From Haliotis rufescens (Eukaryota): a DNA stretch of 64,000 nt. Below are positions 26,637 through 41,600 of the stretch, piece after piece. The stretch is taken from the NCBI RefSeq assembly GCF_023055435.1, contig NW_025963813.1:16182001-16246000 (forward strand). Reading direction: 5' to 3'. Within the stretch, counting starts at the first letter, position 1, and each line of letters opens with the position of its first letter. The translations under genes were made by a program, and so were the position numbers. The notes beneath the pieces were generated by a model. The model did not search any database and was not told the origin of the DNA. It worked only from the letters and a program-made list of their open reading frames with translations.

Positions 26637-29600
26637 TCAGTCACCCTTTCTTTTCTCATCGGTTCCACCTGAAATAACCATGGATTCTGTAGAGAATGCA
26701 GCATTTGTTTCATGTGATAATTAATATCAACACCGAAGGAACCCATACTGCACTTAACTAAAGGAAACCCTACTAAACTGAAGTAAACCCAACTGCACTG
26801 AAGAAATTCCCTTTGATCTAAAGGAAGTCCATACTAGACTGAAGTAAACCCTACTGCACTGACGGAAACCCAACTGCACTGAAGAAATCCTCTTTGAACT
26901 AAAGGAAATCCATACTAGACTGAAGTAAACCCTACCGCACTGAAGGAAACCCTACTGCACTGAAGAAATTCCCTTTGAACAAAAGGAAATCCACACTGGA
27001 CTGAAGTTAACCGTACTGCACTGCAAAAACCCTACTCCACTGAAGGCATCCATTTGAGCTGAAGGAAATCCATACTGGACTGAAGGAAACCCCTACATAA
27101 CTGACAGAAACACTAAATCACTGAAGGAAACACCTGCAGCACTGACGGAAACCCCTTCAGCACTGAAGGGAACCCCTACATCACTGAAGGAAACCCTACT
27201 GGATTAAAGGAAACCCCTACTGGATTGAAGGAAACTCCTGCAGCACTGACGGAAACCCCATACATCACTGAAGGAAACCCCTACTGGATTGAAGGAAGCC
27301 CCTGCAACACTGACGGAAACCCCTACATCACTGAAGGAAACCCCTACTGGACTGAATGAAACCCCTGCAACACTGACGGAAACCCCCACATCACTGAAGG
27401 AAACCCCTACTGGATTGAAGGAAACCCCTGCAGCACTGACGGAAACCCCTACATCACTGAAGGAAACCCCTACTGGACTGAAGGAAACCCCTGCAACACT
27501 GACGGAAACCCCCACATCACTGAAGGAAACCCCTAATGGATTGAAGGAAGCCCCTGCAACACTGACGGAAACCCCCACATCACTGAAGGAAACCCCTACT
27601 GGACTGAAGAAAGCCCCTGCACCACTGACGGAAACCCCTGCAGCACTGACGGAAACCCCCACATCACTGAAGGAAACCCCTACTGGATTGAAGGAAGCCC
27701 CTGCAACACTGACGGAAACCCCTTCAGCGTTGTAGGGAACCCCTACATCACTGAAGGAAACCCTACTGGATTAAAGGAAACCCCTGCAGCACTGACGGAA
27801 ACCCCCACATCACTGAAGGAAACCCCTACTAGATTGAAGGAAGCCCCTGCAACACTGACGGAACCCCTACATCATTGAAGGAAACCCCTACTGGATTGAA
27901 TGAAACCACTGCAGCACTGACGTAAACCCCTACATCACTGAAGGAAACCCCTACTGGATTGAACGAAGCCCCTGCAACACTGACGGAAACCCCTACATCA
28001 CTGAAGGAAACCCCTACTGGACTGAAGAAAGCCCCTGCAACACTGACGGAAACCCCTGCGGCACTGACAGAAACCCCTACATCACTGAAGGAAACCCCTA
28101 CTGGATTGAAGGAAGCCCTTGCAACACTGACGGAAACCCCTGCAGCACTGAAGGAAATCCCAAATGGACTGGAGGAAGCTCCAACGAGACTAAGGAAACC
28201 CCTTCTGTTCTTAAGGAAACTCTCAGTGCATTGAAGGAACCCCGACTTCTATTGAATGCCTCCTACTCTGAAGTATATCCCCTTCAGCTCTGAAGGAACG
28301 AATCCATTCTGCACTCACCGAAGAAACGACGGAAGACCATGCACAGTAGCCTCCAAACTCTAAAACAGCTCTCCATGATATTTCTTAGGTTTGCGTTTTC
28401 TACAAGAAGACAACATAAACACGAAGATTATCTACTGCACACACATCTTTGAAAAGTACTTGACTAAATGAGGAAATATATCCTGAAGTACTGCTTTTAA
28501 TGAGTCAAATCATACATTGTGTGGAATGAATATCTGGAACATCATAACGTCCAGCCCATGTGGATGCAAACCACAACTAAGATGTAAACAATATGGATAT
28601 TATCCACTTCCGAGATTTGACCAATATGGATATTATCCACTTCCGAGATTTGATCAATATGGATATTATCCATAACTAAGATATGATGAATATGGATATT
28701 ATCCACAACTGAGATTTGATCAATTTGGATATTATCCACAACTAAGTTATGATGAATATGGATATTATCCACACCTGCGATTTGATGAATAGTGATATTA
28801 TCCACTACTGAGATTTGATCAATATGGATATTATCCACAAAACTGAGATGTGATCAATATGGATGTTGTCCACAACTGAGATCAGATCAATATGGATATT
28901 ATCCACAAAACTGAGATGTGATCAATATGGATGTTGTCCCCAAAACTGAGATGTGATCAATATGGATGTTATCCACAACTGAGATCAGATCAATATGGAT
29001 ATTATCCACAAAACGGAGATGTGATCAATATGGATGTTATCCACAACTGAGATCAGATCAATATGGATATCATCCACAAAACTGAGATGTGATCAATATG
29101 GATGTTGTCCCCAAAACTGAGATGTGATCAATATGGATGTTATCCACAACTGAGATCAGATCAATATGGATATTTCCCACTACTGAGATCTGATCAATAT
29201 GGATGTTATCTACAACTGAGGTCAGATCAATATGGATATTATCTGTTGATGTTATCCGCTACTGATATATAATCAACATGGATGTTATTCACAACTAAGA
29301 TATTCAAGATTCAATTTGTTTATTGATTTTAAAGCCACATGAACCATATCACAGATGCACACAGATCCGCCACTTGGGCGGTGTTAAGGTCACCTCTTCG
29401 CTGACAATGAGTTCTCAGCCAGTTTACATATTGTTTCAATAGCCACAAACGTGCATTGTTATCACAGTCAATAATAACATATCCAAACTAAATTACATAC
29501 AACATGTTTCTCAACTCCAAGGACAGAGCAATCTTTGCATAAACATTCCTTATCATTCAAAGAACATACGCCCCAGTTAACAAAAAATATTTACCGCTGT

Positions 29601-32600
29601 CCCCCACTGACATCACTATCACATACTGGCGTACACTCACTATCACCACTTGCATCTACTGGCGGACACCCCCTGTCACCACTTGCATCTACTGGCGGAC
29701 ACCCCCTGTCACCACTTGCATCTACTGGCGGACACCTGCTGTCACCACTTGCATCTACTGGCGGACACCTGCTGTCACCACTTGCATCTACTGGCGGACA
29801 CCTGCCGTCACCACTTGCATCTACTGGCGGACACCTGCTGTTACCACTTGCATCTACTGCCGGACACCTGCCGTCACCACTTGCATCTACTGGCGGACAG
29901 CTGCCGTCACCACTTGCATCTACTGGCGGACACCTGCTGTCATCACTTGCACCTACTGGCGGAGACCAACTGTCATCACTAGTATCTACTGGGGGACACC
30001 CGCTGTCACCACTTGCATCTACTGGCAGACACCAACTGTTATCACTTGCGGACACCCACTGTCATCACTTGCATCTACTGGCAGACACCTGCTGTCATCA
30101 CTTGCATCTACTGAGGGATACCTGCTGTCATCACTTGCATCTACTGGCGGACACTCACTGTCATGACTTGCATCTACTGGCGGACACCCACTGTCACCAC
30201 TTGCATCTACTGGCGGACACCTGCTGTCATCACTTGTATCTACTGGCGGACACCCCCTGTCATCACTTGCATCTACTGGCGGACACCCCCTGTCATCACT
30301 TGCACCTACTGGCGGAGACCAACTGTCATCACTAGTATCTACTGGGGGACACCCGCTGTCACCACTTGCACCTACTGAGGGATACCTGCTGTCATCACTT
30401 GCATCTACTGGCGGACACTCACTGTCATGACTTGCATCTACTGGCGGACACCCACTGTCACCACTTGCATCTACTTGCGGACACCTGCTGTCATCACTTG
30501 CATCTACTGGCGGACACCCACTGTCATCACTTGCATCTACTGGCGGACACCTGCTGTCATCACTTGTATCTACTTGCGGACACCTGCTGTCACCACTTGT
30601 ATCAACTGGCCGACACCTGCTGTCACCACTTGCATTACTGGGGGACACCTGCTGTCATCACTTGCATCTACTGGCGGAAACCTGCTGTCACCACTTGCAT
30701 CTACTGGCGGACACCCACTGTCATCACTTTAACCTACTGGCGGACACCTGCTGTCACCACTTGTATCAACTGGCGGACACCCACTGTCATACTTGCACCT
30801 ACTGGCGGACACCTGCTGTCACCACTTGCATCTACTGGCGGTCACCTGCTGTCATGACTTGTATCTACTGGCCGACACCTGCTGTCACCACTTGCATTAC
30901 TGGGGGGACACCGGCTGTCACCACTTGCACCTACTGGCGGACACTCACTGTCATCACTTGCATCAACTGGCGGACAGCTGCTGTCATCACTTGCATCTAC
31001 TGGCGGACACCTACTGTCATCACTTGCATCTACTGGCGGACATCTGCTGTCACCACTTGCATCTACTGGCGGACACCTGCTGTCATCACTTGCATCTACT
31101 GGGGGATACCTGCTGTCATCACTTGCAACTACTGGCGGACACCTGCTGTCATCACTTGCACCTACTCGCGGACACTCACTGTCATGACTTGCATCTACTG
31201 GCGGAAACCCACTGTCATCACTTGCATCTACTGGCGGACACCCACTGACATCACTTGCACCTACTGGCGGACACCTGCTGTCACCACTTGCATCTACTGG
31301 CGGAAACCCACTGTCATCACTTGCATCTACTGGCGGAGACCAACTGTCATCACTAGTATCTACTGGGGGACACCCGCTGTCACCACTTGCATCTACTGGC
31401 AGACACCAACTGTTATCACTTGCGGACACCCACTGTCATCACTTGCATCTACTGGCAGACACCTGCTGTCATCACTTGCATCTACTGAGGGATACCTGCT
31501 GTCATCACTTGCATCTACTGGCGGACACTCACTGTCATGACTTGCATCTACAGGCGGACACCCACTGTCACCACTTGCATCTACTTGCGGACACCTGCTG
31601 TCATCACTTGCATCTACTGGCGGACACCCCCTGTTTTCACTTGCACCTACTGGCGGAGACAAACTGTCATCACTAGTATCTACTGGGGGACACCCGCTGT
31701 CACCACTTGCATCTACTGGCAGACACCAACTGTTATCACTTGCGGACACCCACTGTCATCACTTGCATCTACTGGCAGACACCTGCTGTCATCACTTGCA
31801 TCTACTGAGGGATACCTGCTGTCATCACTTGCATCTACTGGCGGACACTCACTGTCATGACTTGCATCTACTGGCGGACACCCACTGTCACCACTTGCAT
31901 CTACTTGCGGACACCTGCTGTCATCACTTGCATCTACTGGCGGACACCCACTGTCATCACTTGCATCTACTGGCGGACACCTGCTGTCATCACTAGTATC
32001 TATTTGCGGACACCTGCTGTCACCACTTGTATCTATTTGCGGACACCTGCTGTCACCACTTGTATGAACTGGCCGACACCCACTGTCACCACTTGCATCT
32101 ACTGGCGGAAACCTGCTGTCACCACTTGCATCTACTGGCGGACACCCACTGTCATCACTTTCACCTACTGGCGGACACCTGCTGTCACCACTTGTATCAA
32201 CTGGCGGACACCCACTGTCATCACTTGCACCTACTGGCGGACACCTGCTGTCACCACTTGGATCTACTGGCGGTCACCTGCTGTCATGACTTGTATCTAC
32301 TGGCCGACACCTGCTGTCACCACTTGCATCTACTGGCGGACACCTGCTGTCATCACTTGCATCTACTGGGGGATACCTGCTGTCATCACTTGCAACTACT
32401 GGCGGACACCTGCTGTCATCACTTGCACCTACTCGCGGACACTCACTGTCACCACTTGCATCTACTGGCGGAAACCCACTGTCATCACTTGCATCTACTG
32501 GCGGACACCCACTGTCACCACTTGCATCTACTGGCGGACACCTGCTGTCATCACTTGCATCTACTGGGGGATACCTGCTGTCACCACTTGCATCTACTGG

Positions 32601-35600
32601 CGGTCACCTGCTGTCATGACTTGTATCTACTGGCCGACACCTGCTGTCACCACTTGCATTACTGGGGGGACACCTGCTGTCACCACTTGCACCTACTGGC
32701 GGACACTCACTGTCATCACTTGCATCAACTGGCGGACAGCTGCTGTCATCACTTGCATCTACTGGCGGACACCTACTGTCATCACTTGCATCTACTGGCG
32801 GACATCTGCTGTCACCACTTGCATCTACTGGCGGACACCTGCTGTCATCACTTGCATCTACTGGGGGATACCTGCTGTCATCACATGCAACTACTGGCGG
32901 ACACCTGCTGTCATCACTTGCACCTACTCGCGGACACTCACTGTCATGACTTGCATCTACTGGCGGAAACCCACTGTCATCACTTGCATCTACTGGCGGA
33001 CACCCACTGACATCACTTGCACCTACTGGCGGACACCTGCTGTCACCACTTGCATCTACTGGCGGAAACCCACTGTCATCACTTGCATCTACTGGCGGAG
33101 ACCAACTGTCATCACTAGTATCTACTGGGGGACACCCGCTGTCACCACTTGCATCTACTGGCAGACACCAACTGTTATCACTTGCGGACACCCACTGTCA
33201 TCACTTGCATCTACTGGCAGACACCTGCTGTCATCACTTGCATCTACTGAGGGATACCTGCTGTCATCACTTGCATCTACTGGCGGACACTCACTGTCAT
33301 CACTTGCATCTACAGGCGGACACCCACTGTCACCACTTGCATCTACTTGCGGACACCTGCTGTCATCACTTGCATCTACTGGCGGACACCCCCTGTTTTC
33401 ACTTGCACCTACTGGCGGAGACCAACTGTCATCACTAGTATCTACTGGGTGACACCCGCTGTCACCACTTGCATCTAATGGCAGACACCAACTGTTATCA
33501 CTTGCGGACACCCACTGTCATCACTTGCATCTACTGGCAGACACCTGCTGTCATCACTTGCATCTACTGAGGGATACCTGCTGTCATCACTTGCATCTAC
33601 TGGCGGACACTCACTGTCATGACTTGCATCTACTGGCGGACACCCACTGTCACCACTTGCATCTACTTGCGGACACCTGCTGTCATCACTTGCATCTACT
33701 GGCGGACACCCACTGTCATCACTTGCATCTACTGGCGGACACCTGCTGTCATCACTAGTATCTATTTGCGGACACCTGCTGTCACCACTTGTATCTATTT
33801 GCGGACACCTGCTGTCACCACTTGTATGAACTGGCCGACACCCACTGTCACCACTTGCATCTACTGGCGGAAACCTGCTGTCACCACTTGCATCTACTGG
33901 CGGACACCCACTGTCATCACTTTCACCTACTGGCGGACACCTGCTGTCACCACTTGTATCAACTGGCGGACACCCACTGTCATCACTTGCACCTACTGGC
34001 GGACACCTGCTGTCACCACTTGGATCTACTGGCGGTCACCTGCTGTCATGACTTGTATCTACTGGCCGACACCTGCTGTCACCACTTGCATCTACTGGCG
34101 GACACCTGCTGTCATCACTTGCATCTACTGGGGGATACCTGCTGTCATCACTTGCAACTACTGGCGGACACCTGCTGTCATCACTTGCACCTACTCGCGG
34201 ACACTCACTGTCACCACTTGCATCTACTGGCGGAAACCCACTGTCATCACTTGCATCTACTGGCGGACACCCACTGTCACCACTTGCATCTACTGGCGGA
34301 CACCCACTGTCACCACTTGCATCTACTGGCGGGCACCAGCTGTCACCACTTGCATCTACTGGCGGACACCCGCTGTCATCACTTGCATCTACTGGCGGAC
34401 ACCCGCTGTCATCACTTGCATCTACTGGCGGACACCCGCTGTCACCACTTGCATCTACTGGCGGACACTCACTGTCACCACTTGCATCAACTGGCGGACA
34501 CCTGCTGTCATCACTTGCATCTACTGGCGGAAACCCACTGTCGTCACTTGCATCTACTGGCGGACACCCACTGTCACCACTTGCGCCTACTGGCGGACAC
34601 CTGCTGTCATCACTTGCATCTACTGGCGGACATCTGCTGTCACCACTTGCATCTACTGGCGGACACCTGCTGTCATCACTTGCATCTACTGGGGGATACC
34701 CCCTGTCATCACTTGCATCTACTGGCGAACACTCTGTCACCACTTGCATCTACTGGGGGATACCTGCTGTCATCACTTGCATCTACTGGCGGACACCCAC
34801 TGTCATCACTTTCACGTACTGGCGGACACCTGCTGTCACCACTTGTATCAACTGGCGGACACCCACTGTCATCACTTGCACCTACTGGCGGACATCTGCT
34901 GTCACCACTTGCATCTACTGGCGGACACCTGCTGTCATCACTTGCATCTACTGGGGGATACCTGCTGTCATCACTTGCAACTACTGGCGGACACCTGCTG
35001 TCATCACTTGCACCTACTCGCGGACACTCACTGTCATGACTTGCATCTACTGGCGGAAACCCACTGTCATCACTTGCATCTACTGGCGGACACCCACTGA
35101 CATCACTTGCACCTACTGGCGGACACCTGCTGTCACCACTTGCATCTACTGGCGGAAACCCACTGTCATCACTTGCATCTACTGGCGGAGACCAACTGTC
35201 ATCACTAGTATCTACTGGGGGACACCCGCTGTCACCACTTGCATCTACTGGCAGACACCAACTGTTATCACTTGCGGACACCCACTGTCATCACTTGCAT
35301 CTACTGGCAGACACCTGCTGTCATCACTTGCATCTACTGAGGGATACCTGCTGTCATCACTTGCATCTACTGGCGGACACTCACTGTCATGACTTGCATC
35401 TACAGGCGGACACCCACTGTCACCACTTGCATCTACTTGCGGACACCTGCTGTCATCACTTGCATCTACTGGCGGACACCCCCTGTTTTCACTTGCACCT
35501 ACTGGCGGAGACCAACTGTCATCACTAGTATCTACTGGGGGACACCCGCTGTCACCACTTGCATCTACTGGCAGACACCAACTGTTATCACTTGCGGACA

Positions 35601-38600
35601 CCCACTGTCATCACTTGCATCTACTGGCAGACACCTGCTGTCATCACTTGCATCTACTGAGGGATACCTGCTGTCATCACTTGCATCTACTGGCGGACAC
35701 TCACTGTCATGACTTGCATCTACTGGCGGACACCCACTGTCACCACTTGCATCTACTTGCGGACACCTGCTGTCATCACTTGCATCTACTGGCGGACACC
35801 CACTGTCATCACTTGCATCTACTGGCGGACACCTGCTGTCATCACTAGTATCTATTTGCGGACACCTGCTGTCACCACTTGTATCTATTTGCGGACACCT
35901 GCTGTCACCACTTGTATGAACTGGCCGACACCCACTGTCACCACTTGCATCTACTGGCGGAAACCTGCTGTCACCACTTGCATCTACTGGCGGACACCCA
36001 CTGTCATCACTTTCACCTACTGGCGGACACCTGCTGTCACCACTTGTATCAACTGGCGGACACTCACTGTCATCACTTGCACCTACTGGCGGACACCTGC
36101 TGTCACCACTTGGATCTACTGGCGGTCACCTGCTGTCATGACTTGTATCTACTGGCCGACACCTGCTGTCACCACTTGCATCTACTGGCGGACACCTGCT
36201 GTCATCACTTGCATCTACTGGGGGATACCTGCTGTCATCACTTGCAACTACTGGCGGACACCTGCTGTCATCACTTGCACCTACTCGCGGACACTCACTG
36301 TCACCACTTGCATCTACTGGCGGAAACCCACTGTCATCACTTGCATCTACTGGCGGACACCCACTGTCACCACTTGCATCTACTGGCGGACACCCACTGT
36401 CACCACTTGCATCTACTGGCGGGCACCAGCTGTCACCACTTGCATCTACTGGCGGACACCCGCTGTCATCACTTGCATCTACTGGCGGACACCCGCTGTC
36501 ATCACTTGCATCTACTGGCGGACACCCGCTGTCACCACTTGCATCTACTGGCGGACACTCACTGTCACCACTTGCATCAACTGGCGGACACCTGCTGTCA
36601 TCACTTGCATCTACTGGCGGAAACCCACTGTCGTCACTTGCATCTACTGGCGGACACCTACTGTCACCACTTGCGCCTACTGGCGGACACCTGCTGTCAT
36701 CACTTGCATCTACTGGCGGACATCTGCTGTCACCACTTGCATCTACTGGCGGACACCTGCTGTCATCACTTGCATCTACTGGGGGATACCCCCTGTCATC
36801 ACTTGCATCTACTGGCGAACACTCTGTCACCACTTGCATCTACTGGGGGATACCTGCTGTCATCACTTGCAACTACTGGCGGACACCCACTGTGACCACT
36901 TGCATCTACTGGCGGACACCTGCTGTCATCACTAGCATCTACTGGCGGACACCTGCTGTCACCACTTGCATCTACTGGCGGACATCCACTGTCACCACTT
37001 GCGCCTACTGGCGGACACCCACTGTCACCACTTGCATCTACTGGCGGACACCTGCTGTCATCACTTGCATCTACTGGGGGATACCTGCTGTCATCACTTG
37101 CAACTACTGGCGGATACCCACTGTCACCACTTGCATCAACTGGCGCACACCTGCTGTCACCACCTGCATCTACTCGCGGACACCCGCTGTCATCACTTGC
37201 ATCTACTGGCGGACACCTGCTGTTACCACTTGTATCTACTGGCGGACACTCACTGTCATCACTTGCATCTACTGGTGGACACCCACTGTCATGACTTGCT
37301 TACACTAACTGTGATCACTTGTGTGTACTGGCGGACACCCTCTGTCATCACTTATAGACACCAACTGTCATCACTTATAGACACCCACTGTCATCACTGG
37401 CGAACACCCACTGTCATCACTGGCGGACACCCACTGTATTCACTGGCGGACACCCACTGTCATCACTGGCGGACACCCACTGTATTCACTGGCGGACACC
37501 CACTGTCATCACTGGCGGACACCCACTGTATTCACTGGCGGACACCCACTGTCATCACTGGCGGACACCCACTGTCATCACTGGCGGACACCCACTGCGA
37601 TCACTGTACCGGCTTTTCCATCAGTCATACCTGTGACCTCAACAGATGTGGTTGTGGTTGCTCTTGGCATTGGTTTGGTTTTGTCTTCAAATAACGAAAT
37701 GTTATTTTATTATATTTTGAAAAGAGAAATTGTCATCAAATCAATGAAGTTAAGTGAAATGTTCCGATGTTACGACTGACTGCCTTACTCGTAAGCGAAG
37801 CTAGAAATAGTTTGTCCAACCTTCCAGACGCTCTTTCAAATCCTACCCCAACTCCCCATCCCACTCCATCCCCTCTCACACACTGTCACACATGCCTTTG
37901 ACAAGATCTATCATGGTCTAAACTCTTTTGAGCAGTTGTTGATTGGAAAATGTAATCTTACTTAATTAATTATCATGAAATGTAATTATTCAGATGCATG
38001 TATTGCTGACCTTCCCCTGGACGCTGTTGTCTTCTCCGGATGTCCACTCCGGTGGCCTCGACAGTGTTCGCCGACCCCCTTGTCATTCCCGTTGTCTTCA
38101 TGTTCCCTATTTGCTTCATCGTCTTCAATGCATCACCCACGTTATCTGCAGCAGAAACCCTCGTATACATTCCTCACTGAGTGAATGGGGACCAGGGTTC
38201 TCTCTGCAGTCGGTTATGACCCACAGCTACGTAACAGCTACATCACAGCTACATCACAGCTATATCCAAACTCAAGCACAGCTACATCGCAGCCATACCA
38301 CAGCTGTATATATCAGCCATATCACAGCTACATCACAGCTATTTCCCAGCTACATCACAGCTATATATATATATATATATCAGCTATATCACAGCTACAT
38401 AGCTACATCACAGCTCCAGCACGTTTATATCACAGCTACATCACAGCTCCATCACGTTTATATCACAGCTACATCACGTTTATATCACAGCTCCATCACG
38501 TTTATATCACAGCTACATATCAGCTACATCACGTTTATATCACAGCTACATCACAGCTACATCACGTTTATATCACAGCTACATCACAGCTCCATCACGT

Positions 38601-41600
38601 TTATATCACAGCTACATATCAGCTACATCACGTTTATATCACAGCTACATCACGTTTATATCACAGCTACATATCACCTACATTACATCTACATCAGGTT
38701 TATATCACAGCTTCATATCAACTACATCACATCTACATCACGTTTATATCACAGCTACATATCAGCTACATCACGTTTATATCACAGCTACATATCAGCT
38801 ACATCACGTTTATATCACAGCCATACCACAGCTACATCACGTTTATATCACAACTACATCACATTTATATCACAGCCATACCATAGCTACATCACAGCTA
38901 TACATATCAGCTACATCACAGCTACATCACACCCATCACGTTTATGTCACAGCTACATCACATTTATATCACAATTACATCACGTTTATATCACAGCTTT
39001 ATCAGATATATCACATATATCACGGCGACCTGCTCGATCTGGGGCAGGTTAATCAATAGTTGACAGATGACCTGTTCAACAAGATGCCCAAAGACTAGCA
39101 TGAGACTTCATGATGACACTCAGCTGTGAAGCAATCAGATTCTTTAACCTAATATGACATCAGTGTGGGCACAAGTCAAATCATGTTTGCGGCAATAGAC
39201 CGATCCAGTCTGTCAATCAAAAGTCAAAATCGTCAGTTTGAGCCAATCAGAAGGCCGGGCGCGCTTTGTGGATTTGTCAGACTTACTTCCGGGGTCAAAC
39301 CATACCCGCGAAGCGAAATGGCTACGGTTTGTGCTATTTTCACTCGCGATATTCATTACGTATCGCTTGGATAAGATGTATGCCTTTACCACAGGGTCGG
39401 GAGAAAAATGTTTGAGGCTGATCAAGATGTGCGGTTGGCCTCACACCATCAGTTAAATGTCGCCACCATCTTCCACGGGACCCACGTCTGCTCGAAGGTG
39501 AGAATTTGCACGAATTTTCGCACTTCTGCACATATGCATACTCAATACGGGTAAATGACAACACCTAGCAAGTTATGATTTTACGCATGTCATAAACAAG
39601 CATAATGCTTGTAACTAAAAAATCGTTTTTGAATTATGTATTTTGGCAACATCGGGCATTCAGTTAGCAGGTCATATTGTTGAAATGTGACACGCGAGAC
39701 GGCCGTGATACATTGTAAACAAATATGACAGTGATCTGATTACGGTTAGTGCAGAACAAAATCTACTATTATTTACATTGAAGTACAATCTAGTGGAAAT
39801 TGTATTCCTCTCTCTCTCAGATATGATTTATTTTGTTCCAGATTTTTAGACATGATCAAGTTTTAAAATCACAATAAGCCTATCCATCAATATTGCAAAT
39901 TACTGTAGCAGCAATAAATCTTTAGACATAGAAATATAATCATTGTCAATGGTTTTCGTTCCACAAAATCTTTCAATTTAATTCATATAAGTTCCCATTA
40001 AATCATGCTTTGACTATTTCAGCATTTCTATGAAGAGACAGGGCCCATGCAGTAATGAATTACCTGATGCTATTCTTGTGAAATGGAATCATACCTTCAA
40101 GGTTAGAAAGAAGAGGAACATTTCGTGAGAAGGAAGTGAATTACTGAAATATTTTGACGGATTGAAATACAAAAAATCCAATTTGATATAAGAAAATTAT
40201 TGGTTTAGAATTGTTTGCAACATAACTTATTCACTGGCAGTGGAAGCTTACTGATATACATTTTAGTGAATGAATATAACTGTTAAAAACGATTATAAGT
40301 GTCGAGTCATTTTAATTAATTTTCTGGAAATAATAGCAAGTTTTTTTATGAACTCAGAGTAACATGGTCAAGTAATGATATAAATTATAATCTAATCAAG
40401 TTATTTATAATTATTCCAACCAGTTATTTGATTGATGCCGTATAAAAGTAAGATTAATATGTTGTAATTGTACTAACAAACACTAAATGTTTGATGGTAC
40501 AACATCCACCTGGTATAAAACTTAGTTTGTTGCCTCTTTCTACAGGACATAATATTATTTTAAAAATCTTGTTAAATAATATGTTTTAAAAAAAGATAGT
40601 GTTGAAAGTGATTACCTGTATGATAACGCATGGTACTTATTTCAAGATACAAAGAATTTGTAAAAATAAAGGCAGTATCCTTTGTCACTCCTTGATCAGG
40701 CATTATCCAGAGTGCCTGATCAATTCTGATATAGAATAAATTATATAATTCTTAACACATTTCATATATAACTGTGACTGTTGAAATGTATTTTACCCAA
40801 AATGCAATTCTTAACCTTGATTTGAGGAGATTGTCAATATTTGATAATTGAGCAAGAGCTAGTGTTTATTAAGGATGTTGGTTATTTACATATTGTTCAA
40901 GTTTTCGTTATGATTAGGTTGAGAATGAGCTTCATATTTACTTCACAGTGATTCTGCTGGCTTCAGGACATTTTCAAGTGGGGTTTATATCTTTTGATAT
41001 CACTTTACCAACTTTTAGAAAAACTTTAGGACATTATGGATGACAATCAGTCAGTATCCTGGAAAAGGAACTGGTCTGAATCCCCGTTTGTGTGTATTTT
41101 TATATTCAAGGAAAAGTCATGTTCACACCAGTATTTGCGAGGCATACTTGGGATATTTGTTAAAATATCTAATGAACTCCAGGTGTCCAGCTACCTGATA
41201 TTTGCATTTAAATGTATGTTGTTTCATGCATAAGTAATACCTGTCACTTCACATGTGATTTCTAAAATGAAATATATAATATTTAGTGTTATGTCCTGTA
41301 GGCATGTGGTTTCTGGAGCAATAAAAGAATTATTTCTTCTCACTAAGTAACAGTCATGATGTCAACAGGTAATTTTGTTGATTAAAGCTTTGAACTATTC
41401 TGCACTATTCTTTTGTGTTTATTCATTAAAAAGACCCACTAAATCTATGCCTTTCAGGTTATATTGGTTTAACTAAGAGCACCAGACAAAAACGTGGGCA
41501 ATGTAACTGTTGACAATCTATTGCTAGATATCCACGTGAGTGGTAACTTGTGCTTGTGTTTACGGTTTCCAGTACTTTCCATGCACTTAAATTACGATGG

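Noticed and set aside
27204-28234. Mucin-like ETPT repeat protein
   Set aside because: 21-bp minisatellite with internal stops and 1-bp indels; lies within an intron of the opposite-strand gene.
28555-29300. Clustered DnaA boxes (TTATCCACA) suggesting a bacterial origin
   Set aside because: Incidental 9-mer within a minisatellite unit in clearly eukaryotic sequence.
29535-37694. Long His/Cys-rich, Trp-rich or Asp/Ser-rich ORFs (up to 531 aa) as real proteins
   Set aside because: The 33-bp unit is divisible by three and stop-free by chance; multiple frames are equally open, frameshifting units are common, and there is no start context, signal peptide or splice support.
37994-39052. 352-aa His/Ile/Thr-rich ORF
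   Set aside because: Translation of the 11-bp minisatellite plus the antisense of a predicted minus-strand exon.
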